From Girardia tigrina (taxonomy: Eukaryota), in contig MQRK01253351.1 in assembly GCA_001938485.1 (NCBI GenBank), positions 1-60,314 on the forward strand: a stretch of 60,314 bases of DNA. Direction: 5' to 3'. Position numbers and translations under genes: made by a program. Position 1 is the first letter of the stretch, and each line of letters begins with the position of its first letter. A model generated the notes under the pieces. That model had not been told where the DNA came from. It was given only the letters and a program-made list of their open reading frames with translations, and made no database searches. Positions 23,609-36,090 of this stretch are shown here, piece by piece.

Positions 23609-23950
23609 ATGACAAAAACGACAATGGAAATTTCAAACGCCACAAGAAGACTACTCGAAGCGATCGCAACAATCCCGAAAGACATTCTCAACAATAACAA
23701 CAAAGAGAGGCTGAACGAGATTGCCGACACTTTAATAACAATGGCGATCCTACTGGATCAAAAAGTACCGATCAGACAGTGGACCAACTTTTCGGGACAA
23801 AAACGGCATCGGATAGACTCGACTGAACAACCACAGAGACGAACCGCGACCGATGAAACAGCGAACCGACGGACGGGAATATCGATCATTAAACCCGATA
23901 CCCACAGACCGGCACACCAACCGGAGATGGATCCGAAAGGTAATAATTAG
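23609..23950 (+). CDS. Unrecognised small protein, tandem family unit 1 (C-terminus cut by the hAT insertion)
   Basis: 113-aa ORF with TRRLLEAIATIPK...KERLNEIAD...LDQK.PIRQ...RRTATDETANRRTG. Paralogous to the units at 25852, 26522 and 26918. Confidence 0.55.
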   Translation: MTKTTMEISNATRRLLEAIATIPKDILNNNNKERLNEIADTLITMAILLDQKVPIRQWTNFSGQKRHRIDSTEQPQRRTATDETANRRTGISIIKPDTHRPAHQPEMDPKGNN

Positions 23951-25078
23951 AGAGCGGAATAATTACAGTAAACCGTAACCGTAAAAAAACCCGTATTTTT
24001 GCGACTGAAAATGAAAAGGCCGTAAATTCTAATCTTGATAAATAAACCAGTAATTACGACATTTTTGAAATAAAAATTCAAAATATTGACATTGTAATAT
24101 AATATTACTAATATTGTAACATAATTTATTTTAAAAATTTGTTTTAAAACACTTTTTGAAACAGTAATAATTCAAAATTTTATAATAATGGTAAATTTAT
24201 CTAAATATAAAGCACTAACTGATTTAATACGTGCGAATAGTGATTTTCAAATAAGAAATGATAAAGTATTTTGTCAAATATGCACGAAAGGATTTAGATA
24301 TTTGCCAAAAGAAGGAGTTGCAACACTGACGAAGCATTTGAGGTCATTAACACATATATCTGCCAAGAAAATTAATAATGGTAAGAAGCAATCTGAACTT
24401 GTTTTTTCACATGAAAAAAGCAACAAATACTCTGAATTTGATAAAGACCTTGTTGAAGCTTTTTGTGCAGCCAACATACCATTTAAAAAAATCGGTAATC
24501 CAAAAATGAAATTTTTTTTGGATAAGTATTGTAAAATTTTTGTCAAAAGCGAATCATTTTACAGAAAATTTATTTTAGATGATATTTATAAATCAAAGAT
24601 AACAGATCTTTATTTAAAATATCAAAATATTCCAATTTATTTGATATTTGATGAGGCGACAACCATTACTGGTAGATCAATTTTAAATATTTTAATTGGG
24701 CAATGTGGTGAATACCTATTATCGCTTAAATTAATATCTGTTGTAGATAAAAAATAATCCAGATTTAAATTTCTTTTTAACATATAATGCAGTTACATGT
24801 GGGATTGAAGAAAAATTATTTGAATATGTTCCACTTGTTTCTGCTTCAGCTGAAAGATCTTTTTCACTTTTAAAAATTTTGTTCAGTGAAAGAAGAACCA
24901 ATTTAACCCCAGATAATCTCGAAAAGTTGTTAATTTTGTATTACAACAAATAAATGTTTTATGTTGGTATTTTTCATTTCATTATATTTTACCGTAATTA
25001 ATACCGTAATTTTACCTTATTTTTACCGGAAATTATACCGGAAATTTGACTTTTTTACCGTAATTATTCCGCTCTCTA
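23948..25078 (+). mobile_element. Internally deleted hAT DNA transposon (CGGBP1-like type)
   Basis: TIRs TAGAGAGCGGAATAATTAC(A/G)GTAAA and an 8-bp TSD GTAATAAT (23940-23947, 25079-25086). ORF 24188-24757 has a CxxC...H..H finger, AFCAANIPF and IFDEATT. C-terminal dimerisation motif SASAERSFS..K.....RRTNL at ~24830-24950. Confidence 0.92.
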
Positions 25079-25609
25079 GTAATAATAATCAATCACATAA
25101 TTATATGTTATGTAATAATAACTTCTTAATTAATTTATTTAATTCTTTCATTTTAAATAATTCATTTATAAAAAATTTATTTTGGGCAACAAATGAATTT
25201 AAAAAATAACACTATTTTTTTCAATAAATCAATTAAGTAGCTTTTCTGGACTAAAAAATCCCTTAATGATTTTTTTACAAAAAAACAAAATAAACGAATT
25301 TTGGGTGAATTTTTAGCCATACTTTTTTGGTCACCATAATTAAATTTTTATCTAGCAAAAAAAATTATTAAATATAACGTCAATATAGATGTTACAAAAA
25401 TATTGTATATTTATAACAATTCTTATTTTTAATGGTTTGTGTAAAAAGAAAGTGCAAAAGTTCCTCGGAAATATTTGTTTAAAAAACCGCATATTGTGGT
25501 AGAAATAAAGTTTTGTGTTAATGATAACGTCTTTTGATCAAGAACCCAATATAATAAACTTTGTATTTTCGCTGTTAATTATTGGTAACTCTTTCACTAC
25601 AAAAAGAGT

Positions 25610-25780
25610 ATTATTAACCACATCTTAGTAATCTCATTAGTAAACACGACATGTTTCAGTCGGATGAAAACGCATAGACTTTTGAAGGTCAAAGAAATTT
25701 ACACTGCAAAACATGATCATATGGTTGTACTACTAGTAAATTAAAGAATAAGTACGAATAAATAAAGAGGAAAACAGATA
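25610..25780. repeat. ~170-bp dispersed repeat, second copy at ~28762-28925
   Basis: Near-identical TATTAACCACATCTTAGTAATCTCATTAGTAAACACGACATG...ACATGATCATATGGTTGTACTACTA. Confidence 0.85.
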
Positions 25781-25851
25781 AATAACAACAGTGTAAAAAA
25801 TCTTTCCACAAAGATTCCTCTTACATCTTTCACCTTTCATTAACGACAACG

Positions 25852-26475
25852 ATGACGACGGAAATTTCCAACAACACAAGAAGACTACTCGAAGCAATCT
25901 CGACGATCCCGAAGGAACTTCTCAGTAGCAGCAGCAAGGAGAAGTTGATCGAAACTGTCGACATTCTAGTTACTATGGTGAAGACATCAATCCCACTCGA
26001 TCAGCAAAAACCGATCAGACAACGAACCGACTCTTTGGAGCAGAAACATCATCAGATGGACTTAACTGGATATTCACAAAGACGAACCGCCACCGATGAA
26101 AGATTACTCGAAGCGATCGCGGCTATCCCGAAAGAACTTCTCGGTAATAACAGCAAAGAGAAGTTGAGCGAAATAGCCGACAATTTGACTACCATAATGA
26201 AGACTTTGATCATACTTGATCAAAAACAACCAATCAGACAGCGGACTGACGATACAGCGAACCGACGGACGGGAATGTCGATCAACAGCCCGGATACCGA
26301 CATACCGGCACACCAACTGGAGTCGGATAGGTTCGGTAATAATTATCAATTATATAATTATATATTATGCAATAATATTTTTTTAATTTATTTATTTAAT
26401 AATGAATTAATTAATTTATTTAATGATTTTATCTCAAATTATTTATTTAATAAAATATTGAAAAATTTATTTTGA
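25852..26475 (+). CDS. Unrecognised small protein, tandem family unit 2 (core module duplicated internally)
   Basis: 207-aa ORF with two RLLEAI..IPKELL...SKEKL.E modules. Confidence 0.55.
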   Translation: MTTEISNNTRRLLEAISTIPKELLSSSSKEKLIETVDILVTMVKTSIPLDQQKPIRQRTDSLEQKHHQMDLTGYSQRRTATDERLLEAIAAIPKELLGNNSKEKLSEIADNLTTIMKTLIILDQKQPIRQRTDDTANRRTGMSINSPDTDIPAHQLESDRFGNNYQLYNYILCNNIFLIYLFNNELINLFNDFISNYLFNKILKNLF

Positions 26476-26521
26476 AATTTTTTTGGATTTCCCACAAAGA
26501 TTCCTTTTATATCTTTTATTA

Positions 26522-26851
26522 ATGACAACAACGTACTTCGAAATATCAGCACCAACAAGAAGACTACTGGAAGCAATATTAGCAATTCATAAGGATGCTC
26601 TCAATACCGACAACAAGGAGACACTCAATAGGATTGCCGCCAAATAACTTGCAAAGATGGAGATGGCGCTTCTTCATGACGAACAAGAACCGGTCAAACA
26701 ACGGAACGACATCTCAGAATCAATGAAAGAACGGGTGGACCCGATGGAACAACAAAGGAGACGAACCGCCACTGGTGAGACAATGAACCGACTGACTTTT
26801 CATCGATTGGAAAATTGGATATCGATATACCGGCACACCAAAAGAGAATAA
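26522..26851 (+). pseudogene. Tandem family unit 3 (one internal stop)
   Basis: MTTTYFEISAPTRRLLEAILAIHKDALNTDNKETLNRIAAK*LAKMEM...RRTATGETMNR. Confidence 0.6.
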
Positions 26852-26917
26852 ATCACTCTTTAACAACGGTGAAAAAATTTTTGAAGTTCCCACAAGGATT
26901 CCTTTCACCTTTCACCA

Positions 26918-27400
26918 ATGACAATAACGTACTTCGAAATATCAGCACCAACAGTCTACTGGAAGCAATATTAGCAATTCCAAAGGATGCTGTCTATGAG
27001 GAGTTAGTTTAAATTTAAGTTTCGCCAAAATAATTTATTATTTTTTTGATTAGAAAATTTAAAAGAAATAAATTAAAAAATTAAAATGTAGAGTAAAAAT
27101 ATGATAAATAAATTTTGTGGTGTTAAATTATGACTTCAGAATGTGATAATAATGAAAGTGGCATAAACGCTACTTACACTGTCAATACCGACAACAAGGA
27201 GACACTCAATATGATTGCCGCCAAATTGCTTGCAAAGATGGAGATGGTGCTTTTGCTTGACGAACAAGAACCGGTCAAACAACGAAACGACATCTCAGAA
27301 TCAATGAAAGAACAGGTGGACCCGATGGAACAACAAAAGAGACGACCGCCACTGGACAGACAATGAACCGACTGGCTTTTTCATCTATTATAAAATCGGA
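26918..27400 (+). pseudogene. Tandem family unit 4 (frameshift, interrupted by a 184-bp insertion)
   Basis: Close duplicate of unit 3, split at 26995-27178 and cut at 27401 by a pogo end. Confidence 0.6.
26995..27178 (+). mobile_element. Small solo-LTR-like insertion
   Basis: TATGAGGAG...TACTTACA with a 5-bp TSD CTGTC (26990-26994, 27179-27183). The empty site is visible in unit 3. Confidence 0.7.
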
Positions 27401-27402
27401 TA

Positions 27403-28640
27403 CAGTAAAGATTCACAAATTGCAACTTCACAAATTGCAACTAATACTAATTGCAACAAAAATAGTTCACCTTATTCATTAAATTCAACTTTTTTCCAAA
27501 AAAATGTTTTAATATTATATTTAGCAAAATATTAAACAAAAAGTAAATAGTTTAAATTTGAATTAAATTACTTAGAAAATTTAGATATCCATGAATAATA
27601 AAAAGAAATTATTATTTTCTCAGAAATTAGATATACTAAATGATATAAAGGAAAATATTCCAGTAAAAGTAATATGTGCGAAATATAATGTACATAGTAG
27701 TACAATAACACGAATTAGAAACAATAGCGACAAAATATATGATTTTGCTAAGCAAACCATTGTTCCTGTGACAAGGCTTAAAAGAATAACAAAGGTGACA
27801 ATGTGTGACACTGAAAGAGCAGTATATAATTGGTTCTTTAATGAGAGAATGAAACATAACACGGTATCTGACACCATGTTACAATTGAAAGCATTAGAAT
27901 TCCATAAAGAATTGAATGCCAACGTAAAGTTTGAAGGTAGCCATGGTTGGGTACAAAGATATAATAAAACTGTAAGTGAAAAAACTATTGATAAATATAT
28001 AAAATACTTCTCATACACTTTAAAAAGGGTGACACTTATACCTGCGCGAAGAAATAATCCGGAGGTTGTTGATCAAAGACAAAAATACACAGATTGTTTT
28101 TATGAAATACTCACTCAATCAGATCCGAAGAATATAATATTCATTGACGAAGTGGGTTTTAATGTGATAATGAGGAAAAAAAATTGGGCGCACATTGAAA
28201 GGAACACCTGCTAGTTATATTGTGTCAGGTATGATATCTAAGAATACTTTCAGTCTGTTGTGTCATGAATAAGTATGGTATTTTAAAATATTTAGTTCAA
28301 GATAAGCCCTTTGAAAACAGACGTTTTTGCATATTTATTAAGCAGTTATTTGAAGAAATTTTAGAGCACAACGCCGTAATAGTAATGGATAACGCATCTT
28401 TCCATAAGCATGCCAATGTCAAAGAAATTTTTAACAATTCATCAAACAATCTTGTTTTTCTTCCACCATACTCTCCGTTCTTAAATCATATCGAGAATAT
28501 GTTTGCAAAGTAGAAATTTCTAGTTGCAGAATCTCGTCCAAATAATGAAGAGCAATTATTGAACAGTATGAGGAATGTTGCCAGCGCAATAAGTGAGGTG
28601 AATTGCAACGGTTATTATAGCAATATTATATCAAGTATTG
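27403..28640 (+). mobile_element. Chimeric Tc1/mariner-superfamily remnant: pogo/Tigger 5' end and CENP-B-type HTH joined to an IS630-like DDE domain
   Basis: TA|CAGTAAAGATTC.. terminus. HTH-psq/CENP-B region QKLDIL...KYNV..STI, ERAVYNWF...LQLKA...FEGSHGWVQR. Then VSEKTI...YTLKRV..IPARRN, IIFIDEVGFN, VIVMDNASFHK, FLPPYSPFLNHIENMFAK*K. Confidence 0.85.
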
Positions 28641-29884
28641 TGACATTTTAATTTCATGTTAAAATTTTATGAAGTTTATAAATGAATAATTGAACTTTAT
28701 TTTTGGTTTTTTTATTACGAAATGACGTTTCCTCAATTACGAAATGAGAGGTAAAACCCTGTATTAACCACATCTTAGTAATCTCATTAGTAAACACGAC
28801 ATGTTTCAGTCGGATTAAAACACATAGACTTTTGAATGTGAAAAGGTCAAAGAAATTTACACTGCAAAACATGATCATATGGTTGTACTACTAATAAATT
28901 AAAGAATAAGTTCGAATAAACAAAATGGAATACAAATAAATTTGAACCCCTGATCAAATATTTAAAAATCGAATACCAAAACGAGGTACAAATATACCTC
29001 TTTTCAATAGGAATGGAAAACTATCTCAAAAAGATCCGATATTCCTAACTGTGGAGAATTAGCGGCCGAATTAACAGACTTTCTTTAACTGAAATGAAAG
29101 TCGCGGACACTTTGAGTGCGCTTGTATCAGTGATCAATAAATTTCGTTTTGTTCTTCAGACTGGTTACATCACTAACGTCAACGCGCGAGAAACAAACAT
29201 TAAACAATCGCACATTATAAAAGTACGTCAATACGAAAATAACAAAGAGAAAATAATAACGAATCTTACATCATCCGAATGAATATTGCTGAATGTTTTC
29301 ATCAGAATTTTTCAAACAATTTATTTTATATATTTTGTTAATTATTTTTAATGCTCTTTTAATTTCTCTTTCAAACATTTTTTATTAATTTTTATAAATT
29401 TCTGTTGTAAAAAAATCAAGATTGTAAAGATTTTCTTTTTCTGAGTGATTTAAGGGGGGTCGACCGACCGGCAGAAACGTTCATAAAAATTAACACAAAA
29501 TTCGAAAATTATAAAATAGTAGAAACAATATTTTATATAAAATAGTTTTAAATGGAAGAAATAAAATGAATCAACGTTCGCGCTCGCATTAAAACAGCTT
29601 TAGACTCAAAATACATTCAAAAAATATATTTCAAATTCGAATAATTACAATTTTTAAAATAATACAAAATAATTTGTACTTGTTTTTGGTCGTCATAAAA
29701 TAAGAGCGAATTAAAATAGTAAAGTGAGATTAAAACAAATAATTAATAAATTGTTTTATTAAACTGACTTTTAAAATAGCGACTTTTTGATAATCGCAAA
29801 TTTTGAAAATGAAAGTTTCAATAAAAAATTATTCCCAAAATAAAACTATTAATAAATTATTTCACGCGCGTTATTCATAAATAA

Positions 29885-31275
29885 AAGTTCATTTTTCAGA
29901 AATAAAAGTTCAAATTTTTATTAAATATATAAACGTAAAAGTTTCGTAATTCTGAAAATTTGTGATTCGTTATGTGAATTTTTATTTGATTTGTGATTTT
30001 TACTGGTTACAATTTAAAGTTTTCATTACGAAAGTTGGATTATTAATTAATATATTATTTTAAATTGAGAATATTTCATTTTAATTTGAGATTTGTTCAT
30101 TTTAAATTGAGATTTTTATTAACGATTTTGGATTTACTTTGGAGATTTTCAATTTTAATTTTTTATTAAGATTTGAAAATTTTGATTTTTTAAAATCATT
30201 TTTATAATTTTAATGATTATAATTTTGTCAATTTTATCGTTTTTATCTATATTGGTAAATTATATTTTTATTTTACAGTGAATATATACAAATATTGCTA
30301 TTGAGTATATTCTTTATTCGTGTCTACTCAATACAATCTCACAAGAACGAGAATCGTCTAAATGATAATTGATGAATTAAAATTTATCGTATATGTTTTA
30401 TGTATATACATTTTCATGTATATTTTATTAGTTTTATATAATTATCCATACTTATTTTAATATTTTAAATTTATTTACTTACATATATTTTTATTATTTT
30501 TTAAAAAATTTATATTTAATTTTGAAAGACATTTTTCAAATTTTATTTCTAATTTTTTAAATAATTAAATAATAATGGTAATGTAAATATTTTTCTATTA
30601 CCCGTATTGCATAAGTAATAAGTAATTTTAATGCACATTTATACCCAGCACAGATACTATTTTACATTTTTAAACTAAAATAAATATAAATACACCAAAA
30701 CTAAAACATTAAACAGCAATTAGTTAAAAGTGTAAGAGTATATGTATAACATATAATAATTATGAAATTATAATTATTAACATTTTTAAAATGATTTCAA
30801 AAAATCTGAAGTTAAATCAAAATTTTCAGATCTTAATAAAAAATCAAAATCGAAAATCTCCAATCTATATCAAAAATCGTTAATAAAAATAAAAAACTTT
30901 ATTCAAAATGAAAGTCTCAATTTAAAATGAAAACCATATATTACCAGTTAATGCCAAAAATAAAGAACACTCAGTATTTAAATGAATAATGTTCAGTAAC
31001 ACAAAAAATAAGTATTTGTAAATTGTTATTAATTTTGGGTTTTTTATAATTATGTTACATATTATTATATTTTTTCTATTTACATGGTTTTTCATAAATA
31101 AAAGTTGAGATTTCAGAATCTTGGTAATACCGAATTTCGAAATCAAAAATTTAAATTGTAATCAGTGAAAATCACAAATCAAATAAAAATTCACATAAAA
31201 ATCACAATTTTTTAGAATTACAAACTTGGTACATTTATATTAATAAAAATTAAACTTGTATTTCTGAAATAAGCT
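29885..31275. repeat. AT-rich foldback-like element with long imperfect inverted arms
   Basis: 29885-30225 is the imperfect reverse complement of 30775-30930 plus 31130-31275 (e.g. TATGTGAATTTTTATTTGATTTGTGATTTT vs AAAATCACAAATCAAATAAAAATTCACATA). Confidence 0.7.
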
Positions 31276-32867
31276 GTTTTACAAAAACCACTACTATATT
31301 AGAAATACAATCACAATTAAGATTCATTCTTCAAACTATAAATCGTTCTTCTGAAAAGAACAATTTATGATAAAATGATCAATTAATTAACAAAAAACTA
31401 ATTAATTTTCTAATAAAGGATCCAGGAATTTCTTTAGTAACCATCAGTCCTCTATAAGATATGGTTACTGTGGTACCCACTGCCGAACCGAGTGGCAGCA
31501 ACCAGTACCTCTTAATTGTGCGGGAAATTGTCGCTGGCGGACATGATCGGTCGGTTCAAGTGTCCAACGGTCGATACGCGGGCGCATGTCGGCGCCGCAA
31601 ACGGCCCACAGCGGCTCACAGAAGTGTATTGGTCCTGTCGGCGGCGTCGTATTCGTCAGTGCTCCCCTCGATGCATCCAAGTGGGTTGTCCGAATGCTGA
31701 TTTGCTGAACAATGCGACAGAAGCTCTGGTCCACTCGATTTCATTCGATTACAATTTAAAAAATTAAATAAATCGGAAGAATTTATTTTGATCGACATTT
31801 TTTACCACATTTGAATTTCCCACGTTTACTAATTTTAATTTAATTTAATTAAACAAAAGTCAGTTTTTTTGTTTGCTATCGATTATCGGATCACTACAGT
31901 CACAAAAGCGACCCCGAGAGTCGTAAGGTGCGCCTGTATCAATTATAATTAGAAATACTTTCTGTATTGAACAAATGTGAATCTTACGGTAAAACTTGTT
32001 CTACCGAATGTTCCAAATTGATAAATTTGTGTCCGAATTGATTGTTTCAAAATTCGAAATAATAAATAACTCTAAATTTATCATAGAAAATGTTTTCTGT
32101 AACTTAAATTTTTTTTAATTCGAAAATCAGTGACAAAAGATTCACAAAAGTCAAATTGAACAACTTTTATGTGCGTATCAAAGGTGAGTCGCACTCAAAT
32201 TGTTTACATTTACAAAAACAGAAAATGGTTTTTGTTAATTTAATTTGAAAATTTCTGAAACGAAATTTCAAAAATAAAATGCAACGTAAAAAAACATTCT
32301 GATTTTATGATGATAACGATGACCGAATAATAATTTTAAATTACTTGAAGTTTGTTTTCTCTCTACATTTTGTGGGTCGATTTGCTAAAATTAACGTTTA
32401 ATTAATTTTGCGTTTACACAATTGTAATTCGAATATTGCGCTCACTACATTATGATTGGTCAAAAATTGGAATAATTAAGAACTAATGGAAATTATTATT
32501 GAAACTGATTGTTCCTATTGAAGAGGGATTGTTGCACAAATGATTCACGCAGCAAAATTGAGCAACAAGGAAATGTTTACAAAAAAATATATTTTTGTTG
32601 TAAAATGTAATTTAAAAGTAAAATTATATTTAATCGATCTTTAAGTTAAAATCGATTTTATGATAAATGAAAAAAAAACTTTCGATATTTAATGAGGACA
32701 CAAAAATTTCGACGATACTGCGAATGTATTTTTGTGATCCGACATTAAATTTACAAAACAATTTCACAAATCGTACATTTCCGATTCTCCAACAGAAGTC
32801 AGAAGAACGGAAAGAACACAAATTTTGTAATAATTTTTAATTGTATGTTATTACTATATTTGTTTGA

Positions 32868-32996
<129 letters not shown>

Positions 32997-33462
32997 ATTT
33001 AACAATCAGAAATTTGTGAATTTGACTTTATAAATAATATTGATGTGATATTAGAATATTCGTGAAATTTGAAAAAAAAGAAAAGGATTATTTTTATTAT
33101 AAAAAAAGGAAATTTTAATTTTTATTTAATTGAAAATTTTGTTAATTTATGATAAAATTACGATTTGTTTAAATCGTTCAGTTTTTAAAAGTTGGCGTGA
33201 AAAAAGTTTAAAATTGTAAAGAGTTGAAGTCGCCATTGTCTGTAAAAGTGTAAAAAGAAAAATAAATTTGTTAATCGAAAGTATTCTAAAATTTAATCAA
33301 TATGATCGTTAAATATGAAATGTCTGACGTAAAAAAAATTATTAGAGATGGGAAATTGGCTCCGGCGAAAATGATATTTGAACTTCGAGGAGAAATATTT
33401 CAATCATATATTTTCAATTAAAAAACTGATCAAAAGACGTTCCACATGATGTTAAAGCCATA

Positions 33463-33650
33463 ATGACTCAAGATAAATTCACCGAGGATCTAAAAATTAA
33501 CATAACTGTAGAGAATAACCTCGATATCATCACTGCCGTGCCCAATGGACAGACTCGCACTAAAAACGTCAGAATATTTATGCCAGCTAAAAACGTGATG
33601 TGATCCGGGACGAGGAATTGGAGAATCGAATTCGATCAGCAAGTACGAGT
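33463..33650 (+). pseudogene. NDUFS4: Complex I 18-kDa subunit fragment
   Basis: LDIITAVPNGQTRTKNVRIFMPAKNVM*SGTRNWRIEFD vs the family pattern LDI....GVPEEH..TR.VRIF.PA.N.MQSG....W..EFD. Has an internal stop and lacks WENPLMGW. Confidence 0.8.
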
Positions 33651-34539
33651 AATGTCGAAGATGACAATCATAAAATTTGAAATTGGTGAGCCTCGATATT
33701 TAAGCCCTCCGCGTCCCACAGTCCAGCCCCCAGCGCCAAAACGCCGCGGCCACCAAGCTGCACTCGCATCTCCAATATCCTTCCGACAAACAGAATAAAT
33801 TTAAATTTCGTAGTTGCACGAAACGAAAAGAAAAATTTTGAAAGAAGAAAATACAAAAGGTGAAATATTTGATGTTGTTGAAAGAGAGGAAATAGTAAAC
33901 TAGTAAATCGAAAAAAATGTATATCTATTCATTATGGGTGCTGAATTCTACTTGGCCAACATATTTTTTTGTTATCTTTTGTTGAATGGAATATAACTAT
34001 TATATTTACTTTTTCTATCTTTACTTTTACTGCGTAATATAAACTGCTTATAATTTAGAAGTAGATCTTTTATATTCATATTCTTCAAGAACTTCAATTT
34101 GGTCGTTTTATCCTATTCTGGGACATTAGAAAGATTTTTTGATCAAATTTTCACATTATCATTTATTGTCATCGAAAATGAATAAGTTATTTACGAACCA
34201 AGAAAGCCATAAAGAAGTGCATATTTGATGCATAATTGATGCATATGCTCCTATGGACTTTGCGGTAGAGAAAATTTATAGAGAAAATTTTAAGTAGAAT
34301 AAATTAGTGCATTTAGTTGACTTAGAAGCATTTGAGTAACTACGCGAGGATGTAGAATGATTAAAAATAAGAAAATTAAAAGAAGAAAATGATCATTATA
34401 TGAACGTTAATATGTTAAAAGGGAACAGAGAGTTAGAAAGATTTAAAGAAGAAGTTAGAGAATTAAATAGGTACAATCGGATATGAGGAAGAAACAATAG
34501 AGTAGGGGAAAAATGCGGGTTCTGCCTAACTGCCTCAAT

Positions 34540-34880
34540 CCCCTTGGTCACGGTTACTATGGCAACGGTTGCGATCACCATATCAACGGTTCCGATCACC
34601 CTATCAACACTTCTGATTGGTCTTTGGTACCTTAGCAGCGGTTCCGGTTCACTTGACAACGCTTCTGATTGGTTCCCGGTATTCTATCAACGGTTCCGAT
34701 CACCGTAGAAACGTTTCTCATTGGTTCCCGGTTCCTTAGCCTAGGCAGCAACGGTTTCGGTTCACTTAGTGACGGTAACCAAGGTACGTTTCTTATCAGC
34801 AACGGATACAGTGATCCAAGACGGTTGTAACCATGGTAACGGTTACCGTATCCATAGCAACCGTCATCCCATCACTAAGG
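34540..34880. repeat. GC-richer element of short CAACGGTTCCG / CTGATTGG units with inverted ends
   Basis: Repeated CAACGGTT(C/G)CGATCACC and TTCTGATTGGT. ACGGTTACTATGG near the left end is inverted as CCATAGCAACCGT near the right end. Confidence 0.65.
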
Positions 34881-34966
34881 ACCGAAGAAAAAAGTGCTAA
34901 TCGATCACTTCACAGCGCACAAATGTGCTAATCGATACTTTAAAAGTCCTAATCGATAGTGCACAC

Positions 34967-36090
34967 TGTTAAGAGAACTCACACATTTGACAGAACATTT
35001 ATTACATTCACAATTTTTATCATCTTTATGATGATCAACAGTAATGCTTTTACTTAGATCCATCAATCAATTTTCAATATCTCTCATTATAATCTGAACT
35101 ATACTTGAGAAGATTATTTTTTTTAAAAATATTTAATTTAAATTTTATTGGTTGAAATAAAAAATTTCTATAGTCATTTTGAAACATTAATTTGATTTTA
35201 ATTATTTAAAAAAATTAAAAATAAAATCATTAAAATTATTTAAAAGTTGCAATAATAAAAACTAAAAATTTGAATATTAAATCTAAATTTAAATAAATTA
35301 GTTTCAGATTATAAAAAATAAATATTGATAATCCATCTGGTTAGGAGAGACACAATCCCAAATCAACATACAACATTTGAACATGCAAAAACTACACAAA
35401 AACATCCACACACCAAATATTCCTCACATCCCCCTTGATTTAAATGGCTTTAGCCATTCCACATTTCTGATCAAAATTCTACCATCTTCTAGCTCCAATT
35501 CATAACTTCTTTCATGTCTTCTGCTTTTTACTGTGGCTGGACCCATATATCGATCTTCTTCCTTTGTAGCATTTTCTTTTTTATCAACACTTTATCCCCT
35601 GTATGAAATATTCGTTTTGTCTCTATCGTATTTTCGCTCTTTTCTTTCTTATTACAACTCTGTTTCTAAGAATCTTTCCACCAATGTCTTAGCTTCCTAC
35701 CAAATATCATTTCTGCTGGTGAGATTCCTGTGGTAGCTTGAATTGTGCTGTTCATCTTTTATCCTTATGTTAATAGCATCTTTAATAGTTCTAAATTGTC
35801 TTTCAATGATGCCATTGGTATTGTGATAATAAGGACTGGAATAAATTATTTCTGCTTTAAATCTCTTCAGTGTGTCTTTGAAGAGTGTTGATTCGAATGC
35901 TTTCCCTCTCTCCACATGGATCTCTTTTGGTGGTCCGAATTTCCAAATCCATCTGTCCAGTAGTACCTTCCGAGCAGTTTTCTCATCTTGATGAATTAAA
36001 GCATTTAGACTTATATACCTGCTAAATTGATCAATTATAGCTAATATATTGATATAAATTTAAAGTCCTTTTAAATGGTCCGCAAAAATC
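34967..36090 (-). mobile_element. Gypsy 3' end: integrase fragment, PPT and 3' LTR (34967-35428)
   Basis: Minus-strand WIWKFGPPKEIHVERGKAFES...SSPYYHNTNGIIERQFRTI. Purine tract AAGGGGGA directly before the LTR start TGTGAGGAATATT. Confidence 0.88.
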
